Below are positions 8,108-17,009 of a DNA stretch of 64,000 bases, piece by piece; the stretch's first letter is position 1; the number at the start of each line of letters is the position of its first letter. Origin of the DNA: Nitrogeniibacter sp. (lineage in GTDB: Bacteria; Pseudomonadota; Gammaproteobacteria; Burkholderiales; Rhodocyclaceae). The DNA lies in contig JBFIJC010000001.1 in assembly GCA_041600915.1 (NCBI GenBank), positions 23,895-87,894 on the forward strand, given 5' to 3'. The translations under genes were made by a program, and so were the position numbers. Under the pieces are notes generated by a model. The model was not told the origin of the DNA and ran no database searches. It saw only the letters and a list, made by a program, of their open reading frames with translations.

Positions 8108-9499
8108 ATGACCGCATCCGTCCTCACCGAATCTGCCGCTGTCGCGAGCATGTCGCGCCACTGGCCGATGCTGCGCGCGTTGCTCGGCGGGACGGCTTCC
8201 ATGCGGGATGCTGGCAAAGCGTTTCTTCCGCAGTGGCCGAACGAGGACGACGATAGCTACAAGGCACGACTGGCCGTCGCCACGCTCTACCCGGCATATG
8301 GCCGCACCGTCGAAGTGCTCGCCGGCAAGCCGTTCTCGAAGCCGCTCACGCTGGGCGAGAACGTACCGGCGCGAATCGCTGCATGGATGACCGACGCCGA
8401 CATGCTCGGTCGGAACCTGCACACCTTCGCGGCCGACGTGATGACCGATTGCATCGGGTACGGGCCGTCCGGCGTGCTGGTCGATTTCCCGCGCGCCGAT
8501 GGTGTTCGCACCGTGGCCGACGAGCGCGCCGCCGGTGCCCGCCCGTACCTCGTCCGCTACTCACCTGGCACTGTGCTCGGGTGGCGGACGGTTCGCGAGG
8601 GCGGGGCGACGAAGCTCACACAGCTCCGACTGCTCGAGATCGTCCATGAGGATGACGGCGATTTCGGTGAGAAGGAGATCGAGCAGGTTCGTGTGCTGAC
8701 GCCCGGGGCCTGGGAGGTCTGGCGCAAGTCCGAGTCTGGCGACAGCAGCGGAAGCTGGGTCAAGGTCGATGAGGGCACGACGACACTCTCGGCAATCCCG
8801 TTCGTGTTCTTCTACGGGAAGCAATCTGGGTTCGGAGTGTCCGATGCGCCGATCCTCGACCTGGCCTTCCAGAACGTCGAGCACTGGCAGAGCAACAGCG
8901 ATCAACAGACGATCCTGCATGTGGCGAGGGTGCCTATCCTTGCCGTGATCGGGGCAGAAGGAGAAACCTCGATCACCGTCGGCGCGAAGTCTGCAGTCAA
9001 GCTTCCGAGTGGCGCGGACATGCGATTCGTCGAGCACTCCGGCGCCGCGATCGAGGCCGGACGGCAGTCACTGAAGGATCTCGAGGACCGCATGCGCCAG
9101 GCCGGCGCAGAGATGCTGGTGATGAAGTCCGGCAGCATGACGGCCACACAGAACCAGAACGAGGCCGAGGCGAACAGGTCCGCGCTTCAGCGGATCGTTG
9201 AGAGTGTCGAAGACGGTCTGGATCAGTGCTTGCAGTTCGCGGCCGACTGGGTCGGCGAGGCCAACGGCGGGAACGTGTCGCTGTTCAAGGACTTCGGGGC
9301 TCTGTCTCTGGCCGAAGCGATGCAAGACCTGATGACCATGAAACTTAGCGACGAGACGCGATTCGAAGAAGCGCAGCGCCGGGGTCTGATCGCACCGGAC
9401 CGCAAGTGGGAAGACGAGCGCGATCGACTGAACGAGCAGGGCCCGGCGCTTGGTTCGATTGGCGCTTCCGGCGGCGAAGACGATGGCAACGGTCAATGA
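8108..9499 (+). CDS. Portal protein (DUF4055-like)
   Basis: FLPQWPNEDDDSYKARLAVATLYPAYGRTVEVLAGKPFSKP is a signature of DUF4055 portals. Size and position fit. Confidence 0.8.
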   Translation: MTASVLTESAAVASMSRHWPMLRALLGGTASMRDAGKAFLPQWPNEDDDSYKARLAVATLYPAYGRTVEVLAGKPFSKPLTLGENVPARIAAWMTDADMLGRNLHTFAADVMTDCIGYGPSGVLVDFPRADGVRTVADERAAGARPYLVRYSPGTVLGWRTVREGGATKLTQLRLLEIVHEDDGDFGEKEIEQVRVLTPGAWEVWRKSESGDSSGSWVKVDEGTTTLSAIPFVFFYGKQSGFGVSDAPILDLAFQNVEHWQSNSDQQTILHVARVPILAVIGAEGETSITVGAKSAVKLPSGADMRFVEHSGAAIEAGRQSLKDLEDRMRQAGAEMLVMKSGSMTATQNQNEAEANRSALQRIVESVEDGLDQCLQFAADWVGEANGGNVSLFKDFGALSLAEAMQDLMTMKLSDETRFEEAQRRGLIAPDRKWEDERDRLNEQGPALGSIGASGGEDDGNGQ

Positions 9500-10586
9500 G
9501 GAGCTGCTCGACGCGGCTGTCTCGCACCAGATAGACCAGACCAGGTACAGCACCGGCGCAGTCCGACGGATCATCGCGATCCTGAACCGGACCGATGCCG
9601 ACCTGTTCGCGCAGCTCGTGGCAGCGCTGGAACGGATGCCGGCCGGCGGATTCTCGGTGGATCGTCTGGACGCGCTGCTGCAGTCTGTGCGGGCGCTGAA
9701 CGAGCGGGCATACGCGGCTGTGCGCCAGGGCATCGAGGGCGAGCTGCGAGCGTATGCCGACTACGAGGCCGGCTACCAGCTGCAGCTGTTCCAGGCGACG
9801 CTGCCGGTGCAGGTGAGCGTCGCTGCGGTGTCCGTCGAGCAGGCCTACGCCGCTGCGCTGGCCAGGCCGTTTCAGGGCCGGCTGTTGCGCGAATGGGCCG
9901 CCGGCATCGAGGCTGATCGGATGGTCCGCATTCGGGACGCGCTGCGTGTCGGGTACGTGGAAGGGCAGACAATTGACCAGATGGTCCGACGCATCCGCGG
10001 TACCCTGGCACGCGGCTACGAAGACGGGATCATCGAGATCGACCGGCGGAATGCTGCTGCGGTTGTGAGAACGGCCACCCAGCACGTCGCTGGCACAGTG
10101 CGGGATCGGTTCATCGAATCCAACTCAGACCTGATCGCCGCAGAGACCTGGGTCAGCACGCTGGACGGACGGACGTCGCACCCGTGCCGGATCCGAGACG
10201 GGCTGCGCTACACAGCGGGCGATCATAAGCCGATCGGGCACAAGGTGCCGTGGGGCGCCGGTCCCGGCCGGCTGCACTGGAACTGCCGGTCTGGCAGCGT
10301 CCCGGTGCTCAAGAGCTGGCGAGAGCTCGGAATCGATGAGGATGAACTTCCGGCCAACACCCGTGCCAGCATGGACGGACAGGTGCCAGAGGACATGACC
10401 TACGCGCAGTGGCTGAAGAAGCAGAGCGCAGCGCGACAGAACGACGTCCTTGGGCCCACTCGCGGAAAGCTGTTCAGAGCCGGGAAGCTTGAGATGGACC
10501 GGTTCTACGACGACAAGGGCCGGTGGCTTTCGCTCGACGAGATGCGCGAGCGCGACGCGGCGGCATTCAAGCGCGCTGGCGTCTAG
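9483..10586 (+). CDS. Head morphogenesis protein (Mu F / SPP1 gp7 family)
   Basis: WVSTLDGRTSHPCRIRDG motif, follows the portal gene. Start taken at MATVNEELL. Confidence 0.8.
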   Translation: MATVNEELLDAAVSHQIDQTRYSTGAVRRIIAILNRTDADLFAQLVAALERMPAGGFSVDRLDALLQSVRALNERAYAAVRQGIEGELRAYADYEAGYQLQLFQATLPVQVSVAAVSVEQAYAAALARPFQGRLLREWAAGIEADRMVRIRDALRVGYVEGQTIDQMVRRIRGTLARGYEDGIIEIDRRNAAAVVRTATQHVAGTVRDRFIESNSDLIAAETWVSTLDGRTSHPCRIRDGLRYTAGDHKPIGHKVPWGAGPGRLHWNCRSGSVPVLKSWRELGIDEDELPANTRASMDGQVPEDMTYAQWLKKQSAARQNDVLGPTRGKLFRAGKLEMDRFYDDKGRWLSLDEMRERDAAAFKRAGV

Positions 10587-10595
10587 AATGACGGG

Positions 10596-10805
10596 ATGGC
10601 ACTCAAGCTCATCTCCGACAATGACAAGCCGAAGAAGCCGCGCGTGAGGCGCGCGCCGAAGGTGTCACCCTACTGCCCGGCCTGCGGCGGATCGACATGG
10701 ATCAGCGGAAATCAGGGTCCGGCCGACATTCTCGAAGGCCCGAAGCCTCGGAAGGTACGGATCTGCGCACACTGCCTTGCAAAAGGGAAGGTCACAAGTT
10801 GGTGA
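10596..10805 (+). CDS. Small zinc-ribbon protein
   Basis: 69 aa with CPAC...CAHC. Confidence 0.5.
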   Translation: MALKLISDNDKPKKPRVRRAPKVSPYCPACGGSTWISGNQGPADILEGPKPRKVRICAHCLAKGKVTSW

Positions 10806-10832
10806 CTTGACCGCAACAAAATCGAATCGACA

Positions 10833-10856
10833 GCCCGCCGCGAGCGGGTTTTTTTT
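10833..10856 (+). terminator. Rho-independent terminator
   Basis: GCCCGC-CGCGA-GCGGGT followed by T8. Confidence 0.65.
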
Positions 10857-10880
10857 CGACCGAAAGACAGGAGTTCCCGA

Positions 10881-11129
10881 ATGGAGCAACCCGCATCCGA
10901 AACAGCCCTCGCAGTTGGTGCGAAAGTCACCACCGCGATGACTCAGGGTGGGGCCGGCGTTGCGATCATTGGCGGGCTGACGTTCAACGAGATGGCCATT
11001 GTCGTCGGCATCGTTGTCTCCGTGCTGAGCATGGCCGGCAACTGGGCTATCAACTGGTACTGGCAATCTCGGGAACACCGGCTGAAGGTTGAGCGGTTTG
11101 AATGGGAACGGAGGGCGCGAGATGATTAA
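10881..11129 (+). CDS. Holin (two predicted TM segments)
   Basis: 82 aa. GAGVAIIGGLTF and IVVGIVVSVLSMAGNWAINWYW hydrophobic segments, charged C-terminus. Overlaps the endolysin start. Confidence 0.7.
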   Translation: MEQPASETALAVGAKVTTAMTQGGAGVAIIGGLTFNEMAIVVGIVVSVLSMAGNWAINWYWQSREHRLKVERFEWERRARDD

Positions 11130-11607
11130 GCGTCGCATCATCGCCGCTGCGCTGTCCCTTTCGGCCGCAGGTTTGGTGTCTCTGGTCGGATACGAGGGTT
11201 ACACGGACCGGGCCGTCATTCCTATCCCTGGAGACGTTCCTACCATCGGGTTTGGCACGACGGAAGGTGTTCGGCTGGGCGACACGACGAACCCGCCGAA
11301 AGCCTTGGCGCGCGCACTGCGCGACGTGAGCAAATTCGAAGGTGCCATCCAGTCTTGCGTTACGACGCCGCTCTATCAGAGCGAGTACGACGCATACACC
11401 AGCCTGGCCTACAACATCGGCGGATCAGCGTTCTGTGGATCGACCCTTGTTCGAAAACTGAACGCTGGCGACTACGCCGGTGCGTGCGACCAGATCCTGC
11501 GTTGGCGCTACGCCGCCGGGCGTGACTGTTCAGACCCCGCAAGTAAGTGCATCGGCCTGTGGCGCCGTAGGCAGTCAGAGCACGCCATGTGCAGGGGCGA
11601 ACAATGA
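11122..11607 (+). CDS. Endolysin, GH24 lysozyme with N-terminal signal-anchor (SAR-like)
   Basis: IIAAALSLSAAGLVSLVGYEGY...DVPTIGFGTT (E-D-T catalytic spacing), YDAYTSLAYNIG. Confidence 0.9.
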   Translation: MIKRRIIAAALSLSAAGLVSLVGYEGYTDRAVIPIPGDVPTIGFGTTEGVRLGDTTNPPKALARALRDVSKFEGAIQSCVTTPLYQSEYDAYTSLAYNIGGSAFCGSTLVRKLNAGDYAGACDQILRWRYAAGRDCSDPASKCIGLWRRRQSEHAMCRGEQ

Positions 11608-11786
11608 GCAGCAACAGCAAGACAACGACCGCGATCACGGCGCTGGTGTTGATCCCGCTTGTCGCTCTGAGCGCATGGGCATACATCGACGGCCAGATCA
11701 CGTACGAGCAGTACGTCGATCAGTGGGTAGGACCTGCCGGTGTCGTGCTCGGGTTCTGGTTCCGCGGACAAATGGTGGAGGAGTGA
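11604..11786 (+). CDS. Small membrane protein in the lysis cassette (second holin/antiholin-like?)
   Basis: 60 aa with two hydrophobic segments (AITALVLIPLVALSAWAY; GPAGVVLGFWF). ATGA overlap with the endolysin stop. Confidence 0.5.
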   Translation: MSSNSKTTTAITALVLIPLVALSAWAYIDGQITYEQYVDQWVGPAGVVLGFWFRGQMVEE

Positions 11787-11787
11787 T

Positions 11788-12186
11788 GTGCCAACGAGAC
11801 TCTATGGTGTTCTGGCCGGTGTTCTGGCCGTCCTTGTGGCTCTCGCTGTGGCTGGCTGGGGCGGCTACAGCTACCGCGACGCGCAGTGCCGCGCTGACGA
11901 AGAGCACGCCCGCGCCGAAGTGGCGGACGCCCTTGCTCTCCTTGCACATCGGTACGCTGAAGCCGATGCGGCGGCCACAGACGCTCGCTCCAAGGCGCGA
12001 GCGCTGGCTGACCAGCGTTTGAGGGTGGCGAAGGATGACTCGGATCACCTTCCTGATCGCGCTTGCGGCTGGAGCGCTGATGAGCACCGGCTGCTCTCGA
12101 ACCACTACTGCGCTCGCTTCCCTTCCGCCGCCGGCTGCGTGCCTGACCCGGTGCGAGACCCCGCCGGCGCCGCCCGGGCCGAATGA
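11788..12186 (+). CDS. i-spanin (Rz-like)
   Basis: GTG start after GGTGGAGGAG. N-terminal TM LYGVLAGVLAVLVALAVAGWGG followed by an Ala/charged helical region. Confidence 0.7.
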   Translation: MPTRLYGVLAGVLAVLVALAVAGWGGYSYRDAQCRADEEHARAEVADALALLAHRYAEADAAATDARSKARALADQRLRVAKDDSDHLPDRACGWSADEHRLLSNHYCARFPSAAGCVPDPVRDPAGAARAE

Positions 12187-12301
12187 CGACAAGGCGCGCA
12201 GGCGTTGGGAGATCGAGGTCATCGATAGCCACGCGAACTGCGGCACCCTGCACGACGACTGCGCCGCCGAGGCGCTGCGCCGGATGAAGGCGCCGAAGTA
12301 G
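12035..12301 (+). CDS. o-spanin (Rz1-like lipoprotein), overlapping the i-spanin in another frame
   Basis: Signal plus lipobox-like ALMSTGC, Pro-rich mature part (LPPPAA, TPPAPPGP). Starts inside the i-spanin gene and extends beyond it. Confidence 0.7.
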   Translation: MTRITFLIALAAGALMSTGCSRTTTALASLPPPAACLTRCETPPAPPGPNDDKARRRWEIEVIDSHANCGTLHDDCAAEALRRMKAPK

Positions 12302-12321
12302 CACGACTGAACCGAATCAGC

Positions 12322-12358
12322 GAGGCCCGACGGGGAAACCCGGCCGGGCCTTTTGCTT
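12322..12358 (+). terminator. Probable rho-independent terminator
   Basis: Imperfect GGCCCG...CGGGCC hairpin followed by TTTTGCTTTT. Confidence 0.5.
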
Positions 12359-12431
12359 TTCTGCTGCCAGCGCGGATGCGAGGCGGTGATACCTGGCCGG
12401 ATGGCCTCAATTACCTGGAGTTGGATGACTC

Positions 12432-13181
12432 ATGAAACTCAAGCTCGATGAAAACGGCCACGTCGTATTGCAAGACGGGAAGCCGGTCTATGTCCACGAA
12501 GACGGAAAGGAAGTTGCATTTGATGCAGCCGGAACCGTGGCCACGATCAGCCGACTGAACGGCGAGGCCAAGGGACACCGGGAACGCGCGGAAGCGGCCG
12601 AGAAGTCGCTGAAGGCGTTCGATGGCATCACGGATCCGGCCGCAGCAGTCAAGGCGCTGGAGACCGTCGCCAATCTCGATGCAAAGAAGCTGGTGGATGC
12701 CGGCGAGATCGACAAGGTGAAGTCGGAAATCAGCAAGGCCTTCCAGGCCCAGCTGGACCAGGCGAACGGTTCTGCGAAGGCCCTTGAGCAGCAGCTATAT
12801 GCCGAGAAGATCGGTGGCAGTTTTGCCCGCTCCAAGGTCATCGCCGACAAGCTCGCCATCCCCGCCGACATGGTGCAGGCCCGCTTCGGCCAGGCCTTCA
12901 AGATCGAAGAGGGCAAGGTCGTCGCCTACGACGCCAACGGAAACAAGCTTTTCAGCCGTTCGCGCCCGGGCGAGCTCGCCGACTTCGACGAGGCTCTGGA
13001 ATCGCTCATCGAGCAGTACCCCCACAAAGACCACATCCTGAAGAGCTCCGGCGCCAGCGGCGGCGGGGCGGCAGGCGGTGGTAAGGGCGGGGGCGGAAAC
13101 AACAGCAAGGGGAACATTGGCGGAACGAAGGAAGAGCGCCTTGCGGCGATCAACGCCAGGTTCCCGGACCTCGCATCCTGA
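12432..13181 (+). CDS. Capsid scaffolding protein
   Basis: 249 aa, helical/charged, Gly-rich tail (GASGGGAAGGGKGGGGNN). Directly precedes the major capsid gene. Confidence 0.7.
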   Translation: MKLKLDENGHVVLQDGKPVYVHEDGKEVAFDAAGTVATISRLNGEAKGHRERAEAAEKSLKAFDGITDPAAAVKALETVANLDAKKLVDAGEIDKVKSEISKAFQAQLDQANGSAKALEQQLYAEKIGGSFARSKVIADKLAIPADMVQARFGQAFKIEEGKVVAYDANGNKLFSRSRPGELADFDEALESLIEQYPHKDHILKSSGASGGGAAGGGKGGGGNNSKGNIGGTKEERLAAINARFPDLAS

Positions 13182-13198
13182 TCTGAAAGGAGAAAGAC

Positions 13199-14161
13199 AT
13201 GGCCCTGGCCAACATGAAGGTGTTCAACGACAACCTGCGCGCCGTTACCATCGAAACGCTCGCGCAGATGGTCGAAAAGTTCAACGCCGCTTCTCGCGGC
13301 TCGATCCGTCTGAGCACGGACGGCTTCGGCGGCGACTTCCTGATGGAATCGTCCTTTGCCTCCCTGCACAGCGCCCAGCGTCGCGTTGATCGCTACGCCA
13401 CCAACGCCTCGGCCGGTTCGACTCCGCTGGCCCAGCTGCAGCACAACAGCGTCAAGGTGGCCGGCGGCTTCGGGCCGATCCTGTGGGAACCCGGTCAGCT
13501 TACCTGGGTGCAGCAGAACCCCGCTCTCGCCATCGAGGTGATCAGCCGCAACATGTCCGAGGCGATCATGCGCGACATGCTCAACACTGCGATTGCTGCC
13601 CTCGTGGCCGCGATCGAGGCGCAGGGCAGCGCTACGGTGGCTGACGGCGGTACCGGGCCGGTGACCTACGCCGACATCAACAACGCCCACGCGAAGTTCG
13701 GCGACCACTCCGGACTGATCGTTGCCAACGTGATGGACGGCGCGACCTATCACGGCATCATCGGCCAGAACCTGGCCAACGCAGCCCAGTTGTTCCAGGC
13801 GCAGGGCGTGACCGTGGTCGATATCCTCGGCCGCGCGATCGTCGTTACTGACGCTCCGTCGCTGCGCGAGACCGGCACCGGTGCGGACGCCAAGGTTCTT
13901 GGACTGGTGCCCGACGCAGCGGTTGTGCATGACGCGAGCGACCTGCTGACCAACATCGAGACCTCCAACGGCAAGGAGCGTATCGAGACCACCATGCAGG
14001 GCGATTACACCTTCGGCCTTGGCCTGAAGGGTTACGCCTGGGACACCGCGAACGGCGGCAAGTCGCCGACCGACGTGGAACTGGCGACCGGTTCCAACTG
14101 GGACAAGATCGCCACCAGCATCAAACACACCGCCGGCGTGCTGGCACTCGCCAACGTGTGA
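13199..14161 (+). CDS. Major capsid protein
   Basis: 320 aa. Position after the scaffold gene, composition typical of HK97-fold capsid proteins. GGAGAAAGAC RBS. Confidence 0.8.
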   Translation: MALANMKVFNDNLRAVTIETLAQMVEKFNAASRGSIRLSTDGFGGDFLMESSFASLHSAQRRVDRYATNASAGSTPLAQLQHNSVKVAGGFGPILWEPGQLTWVQQNPALAIEVISRNMSEAIMRDMLNTAIAALVAAIEAQGSATVADGGTGPVTYADINNAHAKFGDHSGLIVANVMDGATYHGIIGQNLANAAQLFQAQGVTVVDILGRAIVVTDAPSLRETGTGADAKVLGLVPDAAVVHDASDLLTNIETSNGKERIETTMQGDYTFGLGLKGYAWDTANGGKSPTDVELATGSNWDKIATSIKHTAGVLALANV

Positions 14162-14197
14162 TGAGCGCGGGGAGGCTTCGGCCTCCCCGTCTCTTTC

Positions 14198-15484
14198 ATG
14201 ACCGACAAACTGACAATCGCCGAGCGCGAGAAGTACCGTCGCACTTGGCAGGACGAAGGCTATCGCGTCAGATCACCGGGGCTTCGGCATCTCGACGCGG
14301 CACTCAAGTGGATGGCGCCGCCGCCTGGCGCCACGATCACGGATTGGGGCAGCGGCAGCGGACAAGCCACCGACGCAATGGTGGATCGAGGTTTCGACGT
14401 CCGCATGGTGGATATCGCGGCCAACGCCTACCGCGGCAAGAACGGCCCGGTCATCGAGTCGTGCCTATGGGAACTGCCATACGACATGGGCGCGACGGAA
14501 TACGGGTTCTGTGCTGACGTGCTGGAGCACATCCCGCCGGAGCGCGTTGATCTCGTTCTCAACGGCATCGCCAAGCGAACGCGGACGGCCTGCTACTTCC
14601 AGATCGCGCTGTTCAGACACGACACCTTTGCCGGCCCGCTCCACCTGAGCGTCTTCCCGGCCGAGTGGTGGCGCAGACGGATCCTGCAGCACTTCGGATC
14701 AGCCGAGTTTCGGGTGATCGGAAGCAAGCATGTCTTGGCGGTCGCGCGGACATCCGACGTCGCCACACTCACTGAAAGGAAGAAAGCAACCATGGAAAAA
14801 GACTTCCGTGCTCTGGCCCTTGCGCACAAGGGCAAGACCATCTGCGTCATGGGCGGCGCGCCGTCGCTCGCCGACGACCTGGCCAAGATCAAGGCCGACA
14901 TCTACATCAGCGCCAATGGCCACGGCGCCGATCTCGTGACGCCGCACTACCTGTTGGCGATGGACGAGACCAACAAGCGCACGAACGGCCCGATGGGCGA
15001 TGACTTGCGATCAGCGGTTCCTGGCGTGCCGATCATCAGCCCGCATGCCTACGCAGATCACCAGCTGACCGACTGGCCGCAGGCGCCGCGGTTCGTGCTC
15101 TCCGGCATGGTGGCTGTCTGGGCGGCTTTCATGATGGGCGCGAAATGCGTGGTTGTGGCCGGCATGGATGCCTACGGCGGCGAATCTGGCTACATCGACG
15201 AGGCGCGCAAGATGGCCCGCGACGTGCCGGTACCTGTGCGCACGCTGAGCGGCCCGCTCTCTGAGGTGTGGCCGGCATACGAACCCGCCGAGAAGTTCGG
15301 TCGCTACTCGACCCCGGCGCAGATCGAGGGATGGATCAACGCGTCCGCCGACGGAGAGATCACCGTCGAAGTACTCAAGCCGACTACGGTCCGCGGATTG
15401 CCGCGAAACAAGGGTGACGAACTGAAGGTCTCCCGACACGAAGTCCGCCGCCTCCTGAAGCACCGGATGCTGCGCGAGATCTGA
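14198..15484 (+). CDS. Fusion protein: class I SAM-dependent methyltransferase + MptE/Maf(DUF115)-like domain
   Basis: N-terminal ITDWGSGSGQA (motif I), VRMVDIA, FCADVLEHI. C-terminal KTICVMGGAPSLADDL...YISANG...LLAMDE...VVVAGMDAYG. Internal ATG 14792 is preceded by AGGAAG. Confidence 0.55.
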   Translation: MTDKLTIAEREKYRRTWQDEGYRVRSPGLRHLDAALKWMAPPPGATITDWGSGSGQATDAMVDRGFDVRMVDIAANAYRGKNGPVIESCLWELPYDMGATEYGFCADVLEHIPPERVDLVLNGIAKRTRTACYFQIALFRHDTFAGPLHLSVFPAEWWRRRILQHFGSAEFRVIGSKHVLAVARTSDVATLTERKKATMEKDFRALALAHKGKTICVMGGAPSLADDLAKIKADIYISANGHGADLVTPHYLLAMDETNKRTNGPMGDDLRSAVPGVPIISPHAYADHQLTDWPQAPRFVLSGMVAVWAAFMMGAKCVVVAGMDAYGGESGYIDEARKMARDVPVPVRTLSGPLSEVWPAYEPAEKFGRYSTPAQIEGWINASADGEITVEVLKPTTVRGLPRNKGDELKVSRHEVRRLLKHRMLREI

Positions 15485-15501
15485 CCCACAGGAGACTCAC
15501 G

Positions 15502-15723
15502 GTGAGCGAGAAGAAACTGTACGACGTCCTGATCACCTTCAAGGACGGCCGGATCGAGTACGTGAAGGGCGAGCGCTGCCACTTCGGTGACGAAGACGCG
15601 ACCCGCTTTCTTTCCTACGGATGGATTTCCGAAAGCGGCGGCGCGGCTCAGGTAGCCGGCGGCAAGAACATCGACTTGTCGATCAAGAACAGCAAGATCG
15701 GCATCACTTCTGAGAGGGTTTGA
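15502..15723 (+). CDS. Hypothetical protein (GTG start)
   Basis: 73 aa, GGAGAC RBS-like sequence upstream. Confidence 0.45.
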   Translation: MSEKKLYDVLITFKDGRIEYVKGERCHFGDEDATRFLSYGWISESGGAAQVAGGKNIDLSIKNSKIGITSERV

Positions 15724-15725
15724 GC

Positions 15726-16106
15726 ATGGCCAAGTCAGTACATAACGACGTCCTCGACGGGGCGCTGAACATCATCAAGAACAACTGCACGCGGCAGGTT
15801 GCGTGCAGCGCCGAGCCGACCACCTTCGCCGAGGCGAACGCGACCTACGCGCTGGCTGACGTGACGATGGCCGGGACCGACTTCACGATCGCCGACGGCG
15901 ACACCAGCGGCCGGAAGGTGACTGTTGCCGCGAAATCGACCGTCACCATCGACGCCAGCGGCACCGCAAATCACGTCGCGCTGCTGGACGTGGCGAACTC
16001 GAAGCTGCTTGAAGTCACTACCTGCACGCCTCTGGTCCTGACCGCTGGCGGTGGCAACACCGTGAATTTCCCAGCGTGGGATATCGAGATCGCGGACCCG
16101 ACCTGA
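15726..16106 (+). CDS. Hypothetical, probably virion-associated protein
   Basis: 126 aa from MAKSVHNDVLDGAL, ending PAWDIEIADPT. The sequence looks familiar to me from phage structural modules, with no assigned function. Confidence 0.55.
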   Translation: MAKSVHNDVLDGALNIIKNNCTRQVACSAEPTTFAEANATYALADVTMAGTDFTIADGDTSGRKVTVAAKSTVTIDASGTANHVALLDVANSKLLEVTTCTPLVLTAGGGNTVNFPAWDIEIADPT

Positions 16107-16108
16107 TC

Positions 16109-16546
16109 ATGAGCGTCGTTCTGGTTGCCCGCCGCAACACGCCGGGGCTTTTCGCCTGGCTGGTGCGCCGCTGGACAAAGTCGCGCTACGACCATTGCGA
16201 GCTGCTGGTGGGCGGGCGCTATCTGTCATCGGCGTTTCGGGACGGGGGCGTGCGGTCGGTGGATGAGGTCGACGGAGAGTGGGACGTTCTGCCGCTTCCA
16301 TGGGCCGACGAAGCGGCGGTAGCTGGCTACTTTGCAGCTACCGATGGCCAGCCCTACGACTGGCCGGCGCTGATCGGCTCCCAGATTTTCAATCGGCGCG
16401 ACGACGTTCCAAGTGCGGCGTTCTGCTCCGAGTGGTGCGCCGCCGCGCTGGGACTGCCAGTACCGCAGACATATTCCCCCGAGTCGCTATGGCGGCTGTG
16501 CCAATGGATCAACGAGGTGACGCATGACACCGCAGCAAATTATTGA
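16109..16546 (+). CDS. Putative permuted papain-like (NlpC/P60 superfamily) cysteine peptidase/amidase
   Basis: 145 aa. His-containing YDHCELLV precedes AAFCSEWCAAALG (His-before-Cys order). Weak motif-level call. Confidence 0.4.
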   Translation: MSVVLVARRNTPGLFAWLVRRWTKSRYDHCELLVGGRYLSSAFRDGGVRSVDEVDGEWDVLPLPWADEAAVAGYFAATDGQPYDWPALIGSQIFNRRDDVPSAAFCSEWCAAALGLPVPQTYSPESLWRLCQWINEVTHDTAANY

Positions 16547-17009
16547 TGCCATCGCCGCCGAGCCGCCGCTACAGGCGATGCGTGACGTGGGCGACTTGGC
16601 CGGCATTGCCGCCGCCCTTAGCGGCCGGCAGAGCGTGCTTGTGCCGCGCATGCTTTCAGAACGCGGCGTGCGCGATCTGCCGGTGCTTCCGCGGAGCCGA
16701 TACGCGCTGCTGACCGTGCTGCGCGATGCTGAAACGACGACGCCGGCATGGTTGGTTCCAACGCTGACCGCCGCTGGCGTGCCAGAGGAAGACCATGCCG
16801 CACTGGCCGACGACCTGGCCAGCGCATACCGGTGGATCACGCAAGAGGCGGGAATTGACGTGGCAAGCGCCGGTGCGCGGGCCATGCTCGACATCATCGG
16901 CGCCGCAGTGCCGGATGCCTCAGCCGCATGTGCGGCGGCAAAGGCGCTAGCCGAGCGGCCGGAAATTGTGACATGGCAGGAAGTTAAAACCGCAATGGAG
17001 GCAATCTAA
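16524..17009 (+). CDS. Hypothetical protein
   Basis: 161 aa, Ala-rich, overlaps upstream gene by 23 nt. Confidence 0.5.
   Translation: MTPQQIIDAIAAEPPLQAMRDVGDLAGIAAALSGRQSVLVPRMLSERGVRDLPVLPRSRYALLTVLRDAETTTPAWLVPTLTAAGVPEEDHAALADDLASAYRWITQEAGIDVASAGARAMLDIIGAAVPDASAACAAAKALAERPEIVTWQEVKTAMEAI

Noticed and set aside
12926-14128. 400-aa ORF on the - strand opposite the scaffold and capsid genes
   Set aside because: It is a shadow ORF typical of high-GC DNA. The product is Gly/Arg/Val/His-rich with no motifs, and the + strand encodes well-supported scaffold and capsid proteins.
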